Part shown: one piece after another, positions 1 to 13,744 of the stretch
Layout: every line of letters begins with the position of its first letter
Position numbering within the stretch: position 1 is the stretch's first letter
Source of the DNA: Octopus vulgaris
Taxonomy: Eukaryota
Length of the DNA: 64,000 nucleotides
Direction of reading: 5' to 3'
Assembly: GCA_951406725.2 (NCBI GenBank)
Contig: OX597815.1
Location: 180,916,001-180,980,000 of the forward strand
The notes under the pieces: generated by a model
What the model was told of the DNA's origin: nothing
The model's input: only the letters and a program-made list of their open reading frames with translations
The model's database searches: none
Made by a program: the position numbers and the translations under genes

Positions 1-391
1 CTTCATTTCACGTTGCTCCAGTCCACTCAGCTGGCAAAAAGTGAGTAATCCTGCGATGGATCGGCGTCCCGTCCAGGTGGGGAATTTACACGCCACTGAA
101 ACCAGGAAACCGAGAAACCGGCCCTTATCAGCCTGGCATGGCTTGAGAAGCAAACATTTCCCATTTCAATGAATTCAGAGAGGAAATGTTTTTGGTCAGG
201 CGTCTTCAAACAGACACTAAAGGCAAAACAATTCTCAAAAACGTTGTAACTTATTTCGAGGAACATAATATTCCCCTCAGAAATATAATGGATTGTGCAA
301 ATGACAGTGCTCCATCCATGATTGGCAGATACAGAGGTTTTATTTAACAAATGCTCTATTTTGTATACCGTGAGTGAGAGCACCAACAACA

Positions 392-777
392 AGTGGAGGC
401 GCAATGGCCCAGTGGTTAGGGCAGCGGACTCGCGGTCGGAGGATCGCGGTTTCGATTCCCAGACTGGGCGCTGAGTGTGTTTATTGAGCGAAAACACCTA
501 AAAGCTCCACGAGGCTCCGGCAGGGGGTGGTGGCGACCCCTGTTGTACTCTTTCGCTCTAACTTTCTCTCACTCTTTCTTCTTGTTTCTTGTCCCCGACT
601 TCCTACGCAACCACTGAGCCTGGATGCGCATTCATCCATCCGTCGATGCTCTCGGTGTCGGGTGTTGACCTGCTTTCTCTTCTGCGGGTCTGACGAATAG
701 CAAAGGACCACGTTTCGGACTTCTTCCACTACAGACATGGGACGAAGACCGCTTCGCTCAACAAACAAACAAACAAA
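392..777 (+). mobile_element. tRNA-derived SINE, family 1 (tail type a)
   Basis: A-box TGGCCCAGTGG, B-box GGTTTCGATTCC, (CAAA)n tail, flanking agcaccaac direct repeat. Near-identical copy at 1493. Confidence 0.85.
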
Positions 778-1185
778 GCAGCACCAACCACCAGACTTGC
801 ATTAAATAAATCAACACTAAAGTACTACCTTAGTTTAATAGATGTATACTTGCTTATTTATGACTGATTTTACTTGTGAACATCCATTTCCCACAGAATT
901 TAGTTGTTAACAAATTGGTTTTAGGTCTACAGTACACAAAATATTTTAACAATTTTTATACAAGTCCTAATAAAATTTAATTATGAAAATACAATAGGAT
1001 TTTAAAAACATCGAATGGGTATGAGAGGGGTGGTGACCACTGGAATAAAATAGGAATGTAAGTGGATCTACAGGTAAAAAAAAAGGTTGAGAACCCCTGC
1101 TTTGAAACTATGCAGCTAGAGGGAGTTGAGGCTTAGCATGTCGGTCAGGTCACAAGAACCACACAAGGACCAGAACATAAAAGTG

Positions 1186-1258
<73 letters not shown>

Positions 1259-1492
1259 GTACCTTGTCTAAACAAAGTATGATTTACTTTAAGTTTGCTA
1301 TGAGTAATTAGAAATTAAACAGGACTCGACCAAAATCAGTTATATTTGAAATGAGACAGAAAGATTAAATTTCAATTACATCTGATCGAATATCTGTCAA
1401 GACAAGCTGATCTGATACGGAAAGACAACAGCTGGTAAGTTCAGACAATACCTAGTCAACAATCACGTGCAATGGCTGCAAGAGCAGACACA

Positions 1493-1905
1493 GTGGAGGC
1501 GCAATGGCCCAATGGTTAGGGCAGTGGACTCGCGGTCGGAGGATCGCGGTTTCGATTCCCAGACCGGGCGTTGTGTGTGTTTATTGAGCGAAAACACCTA
1601 AAGCGCCACGAGGCTCCGGCAGGGGGTGGTGGCGACCCCTGTTGTACTGTTTCGCTCTAACTTTCTCTCACTCTTTCTTCCTGTTTCTTGTCCCTGACTT
1701 CCTACATAACCGCTGAGCCTGGATGCGCATTCATCCATCCGTCGATGCTCTCGGTGTCGGGTGTTGACCTGCTTTCTCTTCTGCGGGTCTGACGAATAGC
1801 AAAGGACCACGTTTCGGACTTCTCCCACTACAGACAATCCTGAGGCGCGATCTTGTGAGCTCTGGGACGAAGACCGCTTCGCTCAACAAGCAAACAAACA
1901 TACAA
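1493..1905 (+). mobile_element. tRNA-derived SINE, family 1 (tail type a)
   Basis: Copy of 392-777 with TSD caagagcaga(c/t)aca. Confidence 0.85.
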
Positions 1906-2398
1906 ACAAGAGCAGATACAATATACTGAAATGGACGGGTGTATATTTAAAAGGAGCGAAAAGGTTTAACGAGATCGTAAAACTTCTAAAACGCCTGAGT
2001 GCTGTAACCAATCCATCGAGTGTGACTTAATTTTTAATAAGCTGAGAACTGCAGAAGATCAGCAATGGCGTAAGATGTGGGTGCATGGTAATAAGCTTGC
2101 TTCCCAACCATATAGTTCCACTGCGTAGCAACTTGGGCAAGTGTCTTCTACTATAGCCTCGGGGTCAAAGCGTTGTCAGTGGATTTGGTAGGCGGAAACT
2201 GAAAGAAGCCAGTCATATATGTGTGTGTGTTTGTCCTCTCCCCACTGCTTGACAATCGGTGTTGGTGTGTTTGTATTCCCGTAACTTAGCGGTTCGGCAA
2301 AAGAGACCGATAAAATTTAAAAAAAAAATACCCTGGGGCCCATTCAGTACACTAAAAAATTATATATCAAATAACAACAGATAGATAATGGTTCATTT

Positions 2399-2480
2399 AC
2401 TACAGCTGTTTCTAACGAGTGTTTTGTATCGATGAATAGAATTATTATATCATGCGAATAAAAAACCGTTTTCATCAGGT
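2399..2480 (-). ncRNA. Minimal hammerhead ribozyme motif
   Basis: Minus strand: ac CUGAUGA AAACG...CGUUA GAAAC AGCU GUA gu. Confidence 0.5.
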
Positions 2481-2513
2481 GGAAATACACGAATAACATA
2501 TTAAAAAAAACGA

Positions 2514-2557
<44 letters not shown>

Positions 2558-2561
<4 letters not shown>

Positions 2562-3435
2562 GAAATGAAGAAAATGCTGACAAAATAATTTAAGTAAGGG
2601 AGAGTGTATTTAATTAGGTGAAAGTTCTTTTTACCGGTTGCGCATTTGTTATGCTTATCAAAAGATATTTGAGATAGAGTTCCTTTCTGATTGATTTTTT
2701 TCTCTTATCTGACTTTATGTTGGGTTTGCTGTCTCTTATATGTGAAAAAAAAGAGGCTCCAGAGTTGTTTAAGATTTGCTTGGTTTCGCGCCTGAAATTT
2801 CTTGTGGACAATGGTCAATACAATTTTGATTGGTCATTATAAAGGGGTCACGTGAATGTTTGAATGGAAGTTGGTGTTGGGGTAAGAAAATAGGCTCCAG
2901 AGATGTTAAAATTTGGCTAGTATCGCGCCTAAAATTTCTTATTGGTCATAATAAAGAGGTCACGTGAATGTGGTCATAATAGAGAGGTCACGTGAATGTT
3001 TAGAATGAATGTTGGTGTGGGTGGTGTATGAAGTTTTCGAAAATAGCGTTGTTGAAAATTCTTATTGTTCAGGCTGGTCAGTAGACGTCATGTGGATATT
3101 TTGAATAGCTTTTTAGCGCGTAGTTAAGGAGTGTATTTTCCGCTTGACTGAATTTGAGCTGGAAAAGTAAGTTCGTTTAGGACAGGAAGAACTATATGTA
3201 TGTATGTGTGCGCGAAACCAAACAAATCTTAAACAACCCTGGAGCCTCTTTTTTCACATATAAGAGACAGCAAACCCAACATAAAGTCAGATAAGAGAAA
3301 AAAAATCAATCAGAAAGGAACTCTATCTCAAATATCTTTTGATAAGCATAACAAATGCGCAACCGGTAAAAAGAACTTTCACCTAATTAAATACACTCTC
3401 CCTTACTTAAATTATTTTCTTCATTTCCTTTTTTT
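2558..3435. repeat. Inverted repeat pair, probably Penelope-derived
   Basis: 2558-2790 is the reverse complement of 3212-3435. A hammerhead motif lies adjacent at 2399-2480. Confidence 0.7.
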
Positions 3436-3470
3436 ATATATCACAACTCGTGTTCCACATCTCCTTTTTT

Positions 3471-3544
<74 letters not shown>

Positions 3545-3775
3545 CTATGAATTAGGGTATCTGAGAGATACTACCGTGCTGAAATAGCAGTCAAAACCCT
3601 GACCCTAAAACCACCTTAAATGTTCATATCGCGCCTGGAGAGAAGACAGAAAGGCAAAATAAACTAGCAAAAACTATTTTACTGGATAATTAAAGATCCT
3701 GGATTTCTGGCTTTGCTTCAGAGAAGCTCTGCCTTCTTCAGTTGAATATACCAGAAAGTACATAAATACATATAC

Positions 3776-3825
<50 letters not shown>

Positions 3826-4009
3826 CATACGTTATCCTTACATATACGAACGACTATACATACATATATATATACGTATGCACAAGACCAGACCAAATTG
3901 CCCGCCAAACATCTCCAAGCGTGATATACCTTTGTATGGTATTTATTCCCATGCTGGCCACTAGATAAGATCGATATTTAAATATTGATATTATCCTTAT
4001 TTATAAATA

Positions 4010-4133
<124 letters not shown>

Positions 4134-4969
4134 TACCCCAGCGGTTCGGCTAAGCAGACCGATAGAATGAATACCGGGCTCTGAAAAACTGATTCATTCG
4201 ACAAAATAGAAAAAAAAAATTAAAAAATTAAATGGTCGCAGTCTAATGAATGAAACAAATAGAATGTAAAATATAGATTGCTTGATGCAAACAATACATC
4301 TCATATTTCGTTTTCCCAAGAAACATGGAAGTCCTCCTTTACGAATGAGATGAAGTGCAATCGAAATAAGACCTTTTTCCATTCATTTTACTTCGTGACT
4401 GTTTCCTGAAGGACGCTGATAGCAGAGCAGAAACTAATTACAAGGCCGGCTGTACATGCGCATACACAAAAACGCACATCCCGCCCCCTCACCCACTTAC
4501 ACATGCATTTAGGTTCTTATGGAATTAATTGATAACTGAAATTTGACTGCGGCCATGCTGGAGCAGAGCTTTTTAGTCGAACAAATAAACCTCGGGACTT
4601 ATTCTGTGTAGGCCTAGTACTTATTATATCGGTGTCTTTTGCCAAACCGCTAAGTTACGGGGACGTAAACACACCAACATTGGTTATCAGGTGAGGGTGG
4701 GGGACAAACACAGACACATACACACACACACACAGACACACACACATACACAAACACACACACACACATATATATACGACAAGCTTCTCTCAGTTTCCGA
4801 ATACCAAATTCACTCACAAGGCCTTAGTAGACCCGAGGCTTTTGTAGAAGACATTTGCCTAGGATGCCACGCAGTGGGACTGAACTCGGGATCCTATGGT
4901 TGCTAAGCAAGCATCTTACCACACAGCCTGCATGCATGCATACATACATACATTCCTATATGTCTATAT

Positions 4970-5121
<152 letters not shown>

Positions 5122-5559
5122 TTCAAATTTACAGAACACGAAAGACGAAGACAGGTGTAGGAACAACAAGCATGTATTTTAATTTAACGCTTGGGGAAAA
5201 TGCGAAAAGTCTTTTACGTTTCGAGCCTATGCTCTTCGACAGAAAGGAGTATGAAAGAAAAAAAATGGAGAGAAAAAAATTGTGTAGAGTTCAGTAATCC
5301 AACATGGTGAGACACGACAATCTTCTTTCAGTTTCCGTCTACTAGAGCCACACGCAAGACTTTGGTCGGCCCGAGGCTACATATATACATAGATGCATAT
5401 GCGTGTATGTGTGTGTGGGGGTATATATGCGTGTGTGTATGGGTGTGTGTGCGTGCGTTGCCAGTATAATACACACACCACCACCACCACCACTATTACC
5501 ACTACAACAACAACGCACGCAAATGCAGATATATTGGGGATCTCCGTCATTCGACTATG

Positions 5560-5996
5560 AGGACTCCTAAATTAACGCGAATTTGGCCGAGCATTCTGTA
5601 GTCACGTAGCCCTTAATGTAATTCTCGGGCAGAATTAGCGCATTAGGGGTTCCCACATCTTGAGAGGAGCTCTCCCTAATGTGTTTAAATGTCCTTATAG
5701 GCATTCGCACCAACACCAGTGTTTCTGGCATTTGAAAGGTGTTGGTGCCAAAGATCACACCCTCTCTCTCGACGCCCTTCCTTCGTGCTAAGAGATCCAT
5801 CAATTGTTTGTTTGCCCTTCTCACTAGCACAGAGTTTTGTGTTTGTTTGTGTGGTTGTTGCTGTTGGCAGTACCTTCTTTTGGTCAGTTGTTGCAGTTGG
5901 GGTAGTGTTGGTGGATTGTAAGTGCAGTGCTGGAGGGGTTGTTGATGTTGAAGGTGTGTCTGTGCACATTGTGGGTGTATTTTCTATGTCTTTTTG

Positions 5997-6045
<49 letters not shown>

Positions 6046-6485
6046 TGTGTGTGTTCGTAGGTGTGTTGATGTGGAGGCATGATGTTTTCTTGTGATTCCT
6101 TTTATTTTTAATATTCGTTTTTGGTTTTGGGGGTTCCCCTTCATTTTCACTGTGCGTTGCAGATGAATGCGTGTCTGTGGAATCGAGATGTGAGTCGATG
6201 AAAGCATTCGGGTTGGAAATAGACAGAGAAAGGGAGGAAGTGGGAGAGCCCCTGGGTTCTATGTACTCTTTACTCTTTTACTCTTTTACTTGTTTCAATC
6301 ATTTGACTGCGGCCATGCTGGAGCACCGCCTTTAGTCGAGCAATTCGACCCCGGGACTTATTCTTTGTAAGCCCAGTACTTATTCTATCGGTCTCTTTTG
6401 CTGAACCGCTAAGTGACGGGGACATAAACAAACCAACATCGGTTGTCAAGCAATGATAGGGGGACAAACACAGACACACAAACAC

Positions 6486-6538
<53 letters not shown>

Positions 6539-7520
6539 CGACGGGCTTCTTTCAGTTTCCGTCTACCAAATCCACTCACAAGGCTTTGGTCGGCCCGAGG
6601 CTACAGTAGAAGACACTTGCCCAAGGTGCCACGCAGTAGGACTGAACCCGGAACCATGTGGTTGGTAAGCAAGTTACTTACCACACAGCCGCTCGTGTCC
6701 ATATTTATTATTCCTTCTGCTGTTAAAGAGAGTGATGGTGGTGCATCTGTTGCTGGTTTTGCCGTTGTTGCTGGTATTGGTGATCTTCTAGCATTTCCTG
6801 ATTTTGTTGTTCCTGTTGATGATACTGGTGTTGCCGGCGCTGGAGCTGCTTTTGTTGCTGATCGTTGTTGGTTTGGTTATTGAGGCTTTTGGGGATTTGT
6901 TGTTGGCAGTAAGGGACTTCCATGGTCCTCTGCCTTCTGCTGGGGACAGAAGGCTCTGAAGTGTCCTGTCTCTCTACACAGGTGGCACTGTGACCTTCCA
7001 CCCTCAGCTGTAACATGTAGGTCTTCCCCTGCTGGAAGGCGAATGAAGTCTGGGATCTAATGGAGAGCATTTGGTTTAATGTAGAGGAGCACCTCCACAC
7101 GTCCCAGACCAATTTTCACGACGGGTCCGCTTCTCTTCCAGGAGGCTGTTGCTTCCTTTCAAAACAACACACGCTAAAATCTGGTGGTATTCCAGCGATC
7201 TTTGTGTGCATCATCCTCCTTCCTAAATAGGATAAATGGAATACATATTTTTCACTGCGACAGAGAACCATGAAGTGTTCGGGGGCCAGGATTTCAGATA
7301 TAAAGAACACCAAAATGCACGCAAACTGCTTTGCCCTCGATACACACAAAATGTCGGGCATTAACTCCTTCAGCGCCGCTCATTCCACGTCTGCCTGGTT
7401 CGCCATCTCTGGCCGCTTATGTTTACCGAAATGCATTTGTACATGATTGTTTTTTCTTTCTTTGTCTCTGCCAACACCTCGGGATTCTTAGGGGTTTGGA
7501 TAATTCACCTCTGGAAACAT
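5560..7520 (-). mobile_element. Degenerate retroelement ORF1/gag relic with a CCHC knuckle, split by a SINE
   Basis: Minus strand 6987-6946 reads CHLCRETGHFRAFC (CX2CX4HX4C). The upstream RAKQFAC...SYLGRR...IAGIPP resembles ORF 63094. Frameshifted. Confidence 0.65.
6270..6692 (-). mobile_element. SINE family 2 (GGAGTGGCTGTGTGG head, internal TA/TG microsatellite)
   Basis: Near full-length copy. Other copies at about 2065-2340(+), 4543-4928(-), 14520-14935(-), 23305-24190(-), 28545-28890(-), 32910-33345(-), 51955-52440(-), 53826-54272(-) and 50498-50660(+). Confidence 0.85.
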
Positions 7521-8139
7521 AGGTGTTTCGTTCGACATCCTTAAACAACCCTTATTCAGGGACTTTTTGAGCGGGATGGGCTGCTCGACCAGAAGAAAAT
7601 TCTGACTGGGCCCCACCTGCAAGGTCATGCGCTGTTTATCTTGATATGAGATCACCATGTCGCGCACATATGGTTGTGATACACGTGCCTAGTGTACCCT
7701 AATAAGACAGGTAGTCATGATGGGTATACTGGGCTTCGTATGTTTTACCGCAGTATCACTTTGATGGCAGCTGCTGCTGCTGCTGATGATGATGATGGAC
7801 TCTCCCGTCGAAGACGAAGTATGAGTGCTACCTAAAGGATTTGTTTCTAGTGAGCAAATGTGGCACAATAGCTGCCCCCTTCCATCAGATCGACATTGCC
7901 CGAACAGGCGCACAAATGTACCACACGCTAGATGTCGAGATGATCGCAAGGAAATGTGAAATGAAGTGTTTTGCTCAAGAGCACAACTCACAGTCCGGTC
8001 CGGAAATCGAACCTATGTACTAGCGATCGTGAGCGCAACATGCTAACCACTTGGCCAACCACAAAAAACATTTCTGAAGAATGATTTCCGAAACGGACGA
8101 CATTCTAGAACAAACAATATATAATAAATTAATGCTACC

Positions 8140-8552
8140 TGCGGCTGTGTGATAAGTGGCTTGCTTACCAACCACATCGTTCCGGGTTCAGTCCCACTGC
8201 GTGGCACCTTGGGCAAGTGTCTTCTACTATAGCCTGGGTCCGACCAAAGCCTTGTGAGTGGATTTAGTAGACGGAAACTGAAAGAAGCCCGTAGTGTATA
8301 TATATATAATGTATGTATGTAAGTGTGTGTGTGCGCGTGTGTGTGTTTGCCACCCCCCACACCCACCCAACATCGCTTGACAGCCGATGCTGGTGTGTTC
8401 ACGTCCCCGTAACTTAGCGGTTCGGCATAAGAAGCCGATAGAATAAGTAAGTACTAGGCTTACAAAGAAAAAGTCCTGGGGTCGATTTGTTCGACTAAAA
8501 GCGATGCTCAAGCATGGCCGCAGTCAAATAACTGAAACAAGTAAACGAATAG
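8140..8552 (+). mobile_element. SINE family 2
   Basis: Head ...ggttcagtcccactgcgtggcaccttgggcaag, tail gcatggccgcagtcaaataactgaaacaagtaaa. Confidence 0.85.
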
Positions 8553-8764
8553 AAAAATCAAAAAAAAAATCAATATAATTTTCTGTTTGGTCTTTTACTC
8601 GTTAATTTCTCTACTTTCATTTTCCTTTTTCCATATACTTTCATTTTCATTTTCATCAGGTCAAGGAAATTTCATAAAAATAGAAAATTCTTTTTATCAC
8701 TGATGATCCTATAAAACATTTAGATTTCATGAAGCCGAATCAAGCAGTTATTAAGTAATGCATT

Positions 8765-9157
8765 CTACTCTAGGCGCAAGGCCTGAAATTTTGTAGGAAG
8801 GGGGCCTGTCGATTAAGTCGACCAAAGTGCGTAACTGGTACTTAATTTATCGTTCCCGAATGGATGAAAGGCAAAGTCGACCTCGGCGGAATTTGAACTC
8901 AGAACGTAACGGCAGACGAAATACCTATTTCTTTACTACCCACAAGGGGCTAAACACAGAGAGGACAAATAAGAACAGACAAACGGATTAAGTCGATTAT
9001 ATCGACCCCCAGTGCGTAACTGGTACTTATTTAATCGACCTCGAAAGGATGAAAGGCAAAGTCGACCTCGGCGGAATTTGAACTCACAACGTAACGCAGA
9101 CAAAATACCGTTAAGTATTTCGCCCGGCGTGCTAACGTTTCTGCCAGCTCGCCGCCT
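8765..9157 (-). mobile_element. SINE family 3 (GGCGGCGAGCTGGCAG head, gcctttcatcctttcggggtcgat core)
   Basis: Internally duplicated unit. Other copies at about 35795-36193(-), 53130-53760(-), 31909-32050(+), 51460-51815(+), 57067-57280(+) and 18910-19165(+). Confidence 0.8.
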
Positions 9158-9349
9158 TAAACTGTTATTAAATAATATATGCATCTTTTACCAAATGTGC
9201 TAAGTGGTTGTTTTCGTTTGTCTATTCACTCGTGTGTGTGTGTGTGTTCTTTTCTGTTTTTTTTTTAATCGTTTAAAGTCTTTCTTTGAAGAAGGAGCTG
9301 GTTTCTAACAAAGATACAAAACTCTATCGTTGTAATGTAGATAACGAAA

Positions 9350-11330
9350 ACATTGTTACATTTTAAACCCCAGAAAAGTCTTGCGTGCTTTTCCCTTTCC
9401 ACTTATAGATTTTGTTTTAATGTGCGAGCAAGTTGGTTGATTTCTTTTTCTGAAAACCCAAGCTCATCCAGATTGACAGGCATTTACTTACAAAACGAAC
9501 TGCTCCAGTTATTATTGGTACAATATATATATATATATATATATAGAAGTTGGGGGTTTCGAAACAGTTATCCATAGTTATCTTCTTTTTCTTTGATTTT
9601 CAAAGAGACATTCACAGCGGCAGGACAGCTGGCCTCTACAACGGTACATACTTTCTCTTGTCTGACTCAAACAACAATATCCGGCCTGGTATGCTTAGAC
9701 TTGACAGATGTCTTGATGAGAATGTTCCACCAGTATTCCTTGTGCTGCTGTTTGTGCACATGTTCGATAACAGAGGGATTCTCTACATTTATTCCAGAAC
9801 AATCTTTTTTTCTGGATGACACGACTTCGTGTCTCATTGGGAGGTAATACCTTGATGACACTTTTAGGCAGCTGCTAACCACATGTGTGATGTCTTCCCC
9901 TGAAATATGATGCAATCTATATTTTCGGTCGCCTCTTGTCACTCCAATGGCTTCCCTGTCTCTTTTGTTGATTAGACATTTTAGTAGCAATCTCCTATTC
10001 TTGGATTGCAAATGCATAGCCTTCGAAACGTGATGTGATGTAACGGTTATGAGTCCAAGAGAGGCATCACTTCATGTCAACATTATTATCTTCTTCAAGT
10101 CTACGAGAAACATAGCTATGATCTATTTTTGGCATGATGAGTGTTTCGCTTCCGGGTCTTGTTTGCAGTATGTTAGTCCGACTAATTTGCGGTGGTATGG
10201 GAGATCCGCTTCCAACACATAGGATATTGTTGTTTTCTCTTTTCAGCACTAAGTTAATGTGTTTATTTTTGCTGCTGTTGTTTGGCAAATGTTGTCTGAG
10301 AGAGTCTTTGCGACATTCCAAGCCTCTACGTCTTTTATCTCTTCTTAGGCAGAGCCTGTTGATATCACTATTTCTGTAGAGATTTCCAGTTTGATAGCAG
10401 AATCTAGTGAATTTATTTTTATGGAGTGGATTTCTTTTACAGTCCAGTCAAGTATCCCAAATGTTGGAACCAGCACTGGTACTGAAAATGCATTGTGAGA
10501 TATTGTCTTGTAAGAGGAGAGTTCGGACTGCCATATTTTTCTAAGACTGGTATAATATTCTTGGGTCACTCGATTCACAGTACTTTTGTATGATATATTT
10601 TCATAAATGCTTAGGTACCTGTAGCATTCTTTGTGTGGGACAGGAGAGATAGCGAGACCACTGATGCACAGGTTTTGTGTCTGGGGGACGGATTCCCCCG
10701 TTTAACAATTAAATGTTTCTTTTGACCAAATTCCATTCCTGTGTCAGCTGAAAATGTTATTAACTTCAGCTGTTTGTTTTTGGGGTGGTGGCATTGTTAA
10801 CACTTTTAGCACAAGTCCTGAGGTCATCCACAAAGAAAGTATGGTTTACATTAATATCTCTTGCAGTAGCAGACCCTATCATGTTGCCATTTGACTTCTG
10901 GAACCGGAATAATAATGGTTTTAACACCAAAATGAGTAGAAGTACAGAGAGACTATCTCTCTGTAATATTCCCATTGAAGTATTTATGGCACTGGAGACG
11001 ACCGTTCCACTCTCTGTTCTGAGTGTAAGGATTAAGGCCTAGATCTTTGTGAAACTCTTAATGTCCACGATTAAGATAGCAGGCACTTTTGCCAAATGGA
11101 CTCACTTCAGGAGCCATGAGTGGGGAATAAAGTCAAATGTCTTCATTTAATCAAGCTATTCTGTTGTAAGGTTCCTACCACGCATTTTTGTGGTTTTGTT
11201 TTTGTTTTACTTGAGGCAATACAGCTTTATTTATCAAAAGTTGTTCGGCACACAACCACAGTCCCTTCTCTTAACCGGCCTGTTCATCAGTCACCATGTT
11301 GTTGGATTCATAATGACCCGGGAGGAATTG
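9350..11330 (-). mobile_element. Degenerate non-LTR retrotransposon with RT and restriction-like endonuclease (R4/Dong-like)
   Basis: GILQRDSLS...FFVDDL (RT motifs), then ITHVVSSC...RHEVV and WWN...RPDIVV (CCHC and RLE motifs). Multiple stops and frameshifts. Confidence 0.8.
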
Positions 11331-11486
11331 GCTGAGACAGCTTGTCTACGGTTTCCCGTATAATGTGTTTAGGCAAGCAATGGGCATCTCGGTGGTTTTA
11401 TTCTTGATTACGAGACTCATCTGTTATATAGCTTAGCCAATATCGTATGTCAACCTAACCTGTGATAATACTTCTAAACTTACTTA

Positions 11487-12279
11487 TGAAGGGAGCCCTA
11501 AAAGTAACCAGAAACGCTCTCTGTGGGACAAGCCCGTTGTAGTCCAGGATATCGCCGCTAGAAGCCACTTGATGCGATTCTCAAGCATTAGTCTGCCGAC
11601 CGGTGTCGTCGTTCAAAGTCCTACAGCAACGTGGTGCGTCTTTATCTTGCAGTGCTTCTCTCCTGTTCGTCGATTTTTGCAATGTCTGAAACGAAGGAAC
11701 AGGGTGCTTCCGTGAAATTCTGTTTTCTGCTGAGGAAAACGGCGGCCTAAACAGTTGTCATGCTTCAAACCGCTTGCAAGGACGCTGCCATGAGCAAAAC
11801 ACTAGTTTACGAGTGATTTCCATGCTTTATGAACGGTCACTTGTCGCTTGAAGACCAACGTCGTTCAGGAGCTCCTCCCAACGAATTTTGAGCGGGGAAT
11901 AGCGAATGAAAAGGGTTGCAACAAAATTTGTGCCTCGCTTGCTCATGGAAGATCAACAGCAGTCACGTTTGAATGCGTGTAGTGAACTGAAAGAACAGTT
12001 CAAAGTTGATCCGGATCTTTTTTCGAAGGTCATCACTGGTGACGAAAGCTGGTCCTACGGAATTTGCAGTTGTGGAAGAGGTGAAGAAAAAACGACAATG
12101 GCGTTAAAAGGCATCGCTTGGCAAGAGTTCCAGCATTGCTTCGAACAGTGGAAAACGTGTCAGGACCGATGCATTGCTTCAAATGGAGAATACTTTAAAG
12201 GCTATAAAAGTGTAAACATGTAAAATTAAGTGAATAAAATAATATTGCAAAATTCCGGTTTCTTTTGGGTACCCCCTCA
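11487..12279 (+). mobile_element. Internally deleted mariner transposon
   Basis: TA-flanked imperfect TIRs (tgaagggagccctaaaag / cttttgggtaccccctca). Transposase fragments KFVPRLL, ITGDESW and CIASNGEYF. Confidence 0.9.
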
Positions 12280-12508
12280 TATTGTTAGTTTCCTATAAAA
12301 TGTCAGCCCTTTGTGCCAGGATCCAACTATTAGGTCATTTCCAACTGCCTTTCCATTACGCAGTTTGCCTACAGCTATGGTAAAAGCGTAGACCAAGAAA
12401 GGGCGCTTGGCACCTGGAGTGTCGACAAGCCCTCACAATTTTCTGCCAGTCGGGCAATGCTATCAGTGAAAGTTCCACTATGTTTTAATCATTGCCATTT
12501 CGGTGATA

Positions 12509-12793
12509 AGTTAAGTTAAGTTAAGTTAATTTTTTGGCTCAAAAAGCAAAAAGCAAGGCCATGTAGGGGGACATGGAGTTATGTACAGGGTGGTGTTCAT
12601 GCAAAGAGTTCAGGCCATTTCTGGTCACGAGAGACTTTGAACCGAGCGGTCATCGGCATCTTCACTATCTCGTCCGGCAGCTTATTCCACGGATCCGCAA
12701 CCCGGTCGGAGAAAGCCCCTCTCCTTCGATTGAGATGGAATCGTCGCAGATAGAGCTTTTCGGAGTGACCCCGAAGCCGACGCTCTGGAGCAG
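12509..12793 (-). mobile_element. 5'-truncated CR1/L2-type LINE 3' end
   Basis: Minus strand reads LRGHSEKL...FSDRVADPWNKLP, followed by a (TTAAC)n tail. Empty site ggtgatgaaaaa at 35376 and 58888. Confidence 0.75.
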
Positions 12794-13499
12794 GATGAAA
12801 AAATTAGGGCATTGCGTTCGCTGGGTAGCACCCGTCTGCAAATATGGCTACATGGAATACTAGAGAGAAACGTATGGTTGCATGAATGTGTGAGAGAAGT
12901 CTGTGTGTGTGTGTTTATGTGTATGTGTGTGTGCGTGCATTCTCGTATATGTTTGGAAGCACACTCTTATGTATATACTTGTATAAATATATATGTATAC
13001 ACACCTGCAAATTTATTTGTATGCACGCATTATGTTTTTACAATTGAATATACAGTGAAGGCGCAAGGCTCAGTGGTTAGAGCATCGAGCTTACGATCAT
13101 GAGGTTGTGAGTTCGAATCCCGGATCGAGCTGCGTGTTGTGTTCTTGAGCAAGACATTTTATTTTACGTTGCTCCAGTTAACTCAGCTGTAGAAATAAGT
13201 TGCGACTTCACAGGTGCCAAGCTGTATCATGGCCATTGTCTTTCCCTTGGATAAAACTGGTGGCGTGGCGAGGGGAAGCTGGTATGCATAGGCGACTTCT
13301 GGTCTTCCATAAACAACCTTACCCGGACTTGTGCCTAGGCGCAATCCCACGGTCAGTCATGACCGAAGGCGGTGTCAGCAGCAATACACGTATATATTTA
13401 TATATATTTACTTGCGAGTGTAGGCGTTTATAAATATAGAAAATATGTATGTATATAAGTATACACCCCACCATATATATATATATATATATTTTATTT

Positions 13500-13623
13500 T
13501 ATAGAAGGAGCTTCTACAGGACTAGAACTGTTTCATTCAAATGAAATCATCAGGAAGCCAATTTGGCTTCCTGATGATTTCATTTGAATGAAACAGTTCT
13601 AGTCCTGTAGAAGCTCCTCCTAT
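13500..13623. repeat. Near-perfect ~120-bp palindrome
   Basis: agaaggagcttctacaggactag...ggaagccaa|tttggcttcc...ctagtcctgtagaagctcctcct. Confidence 0.9.
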
Positions 13624-13697
13624 AAAATAAATTAATTTACTCTGCTATGTATTGAGTACCTTATTTACTGTGGTTTACCCCGACTCAACCCGGGATC

Positions 13698-13744
<47 letters not shown>

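Noticed and set aside
392-470. tRNA gene
   Set aside because: The A/B boxes continue into a repeated body with tail and TSD, so this is a SINE head.
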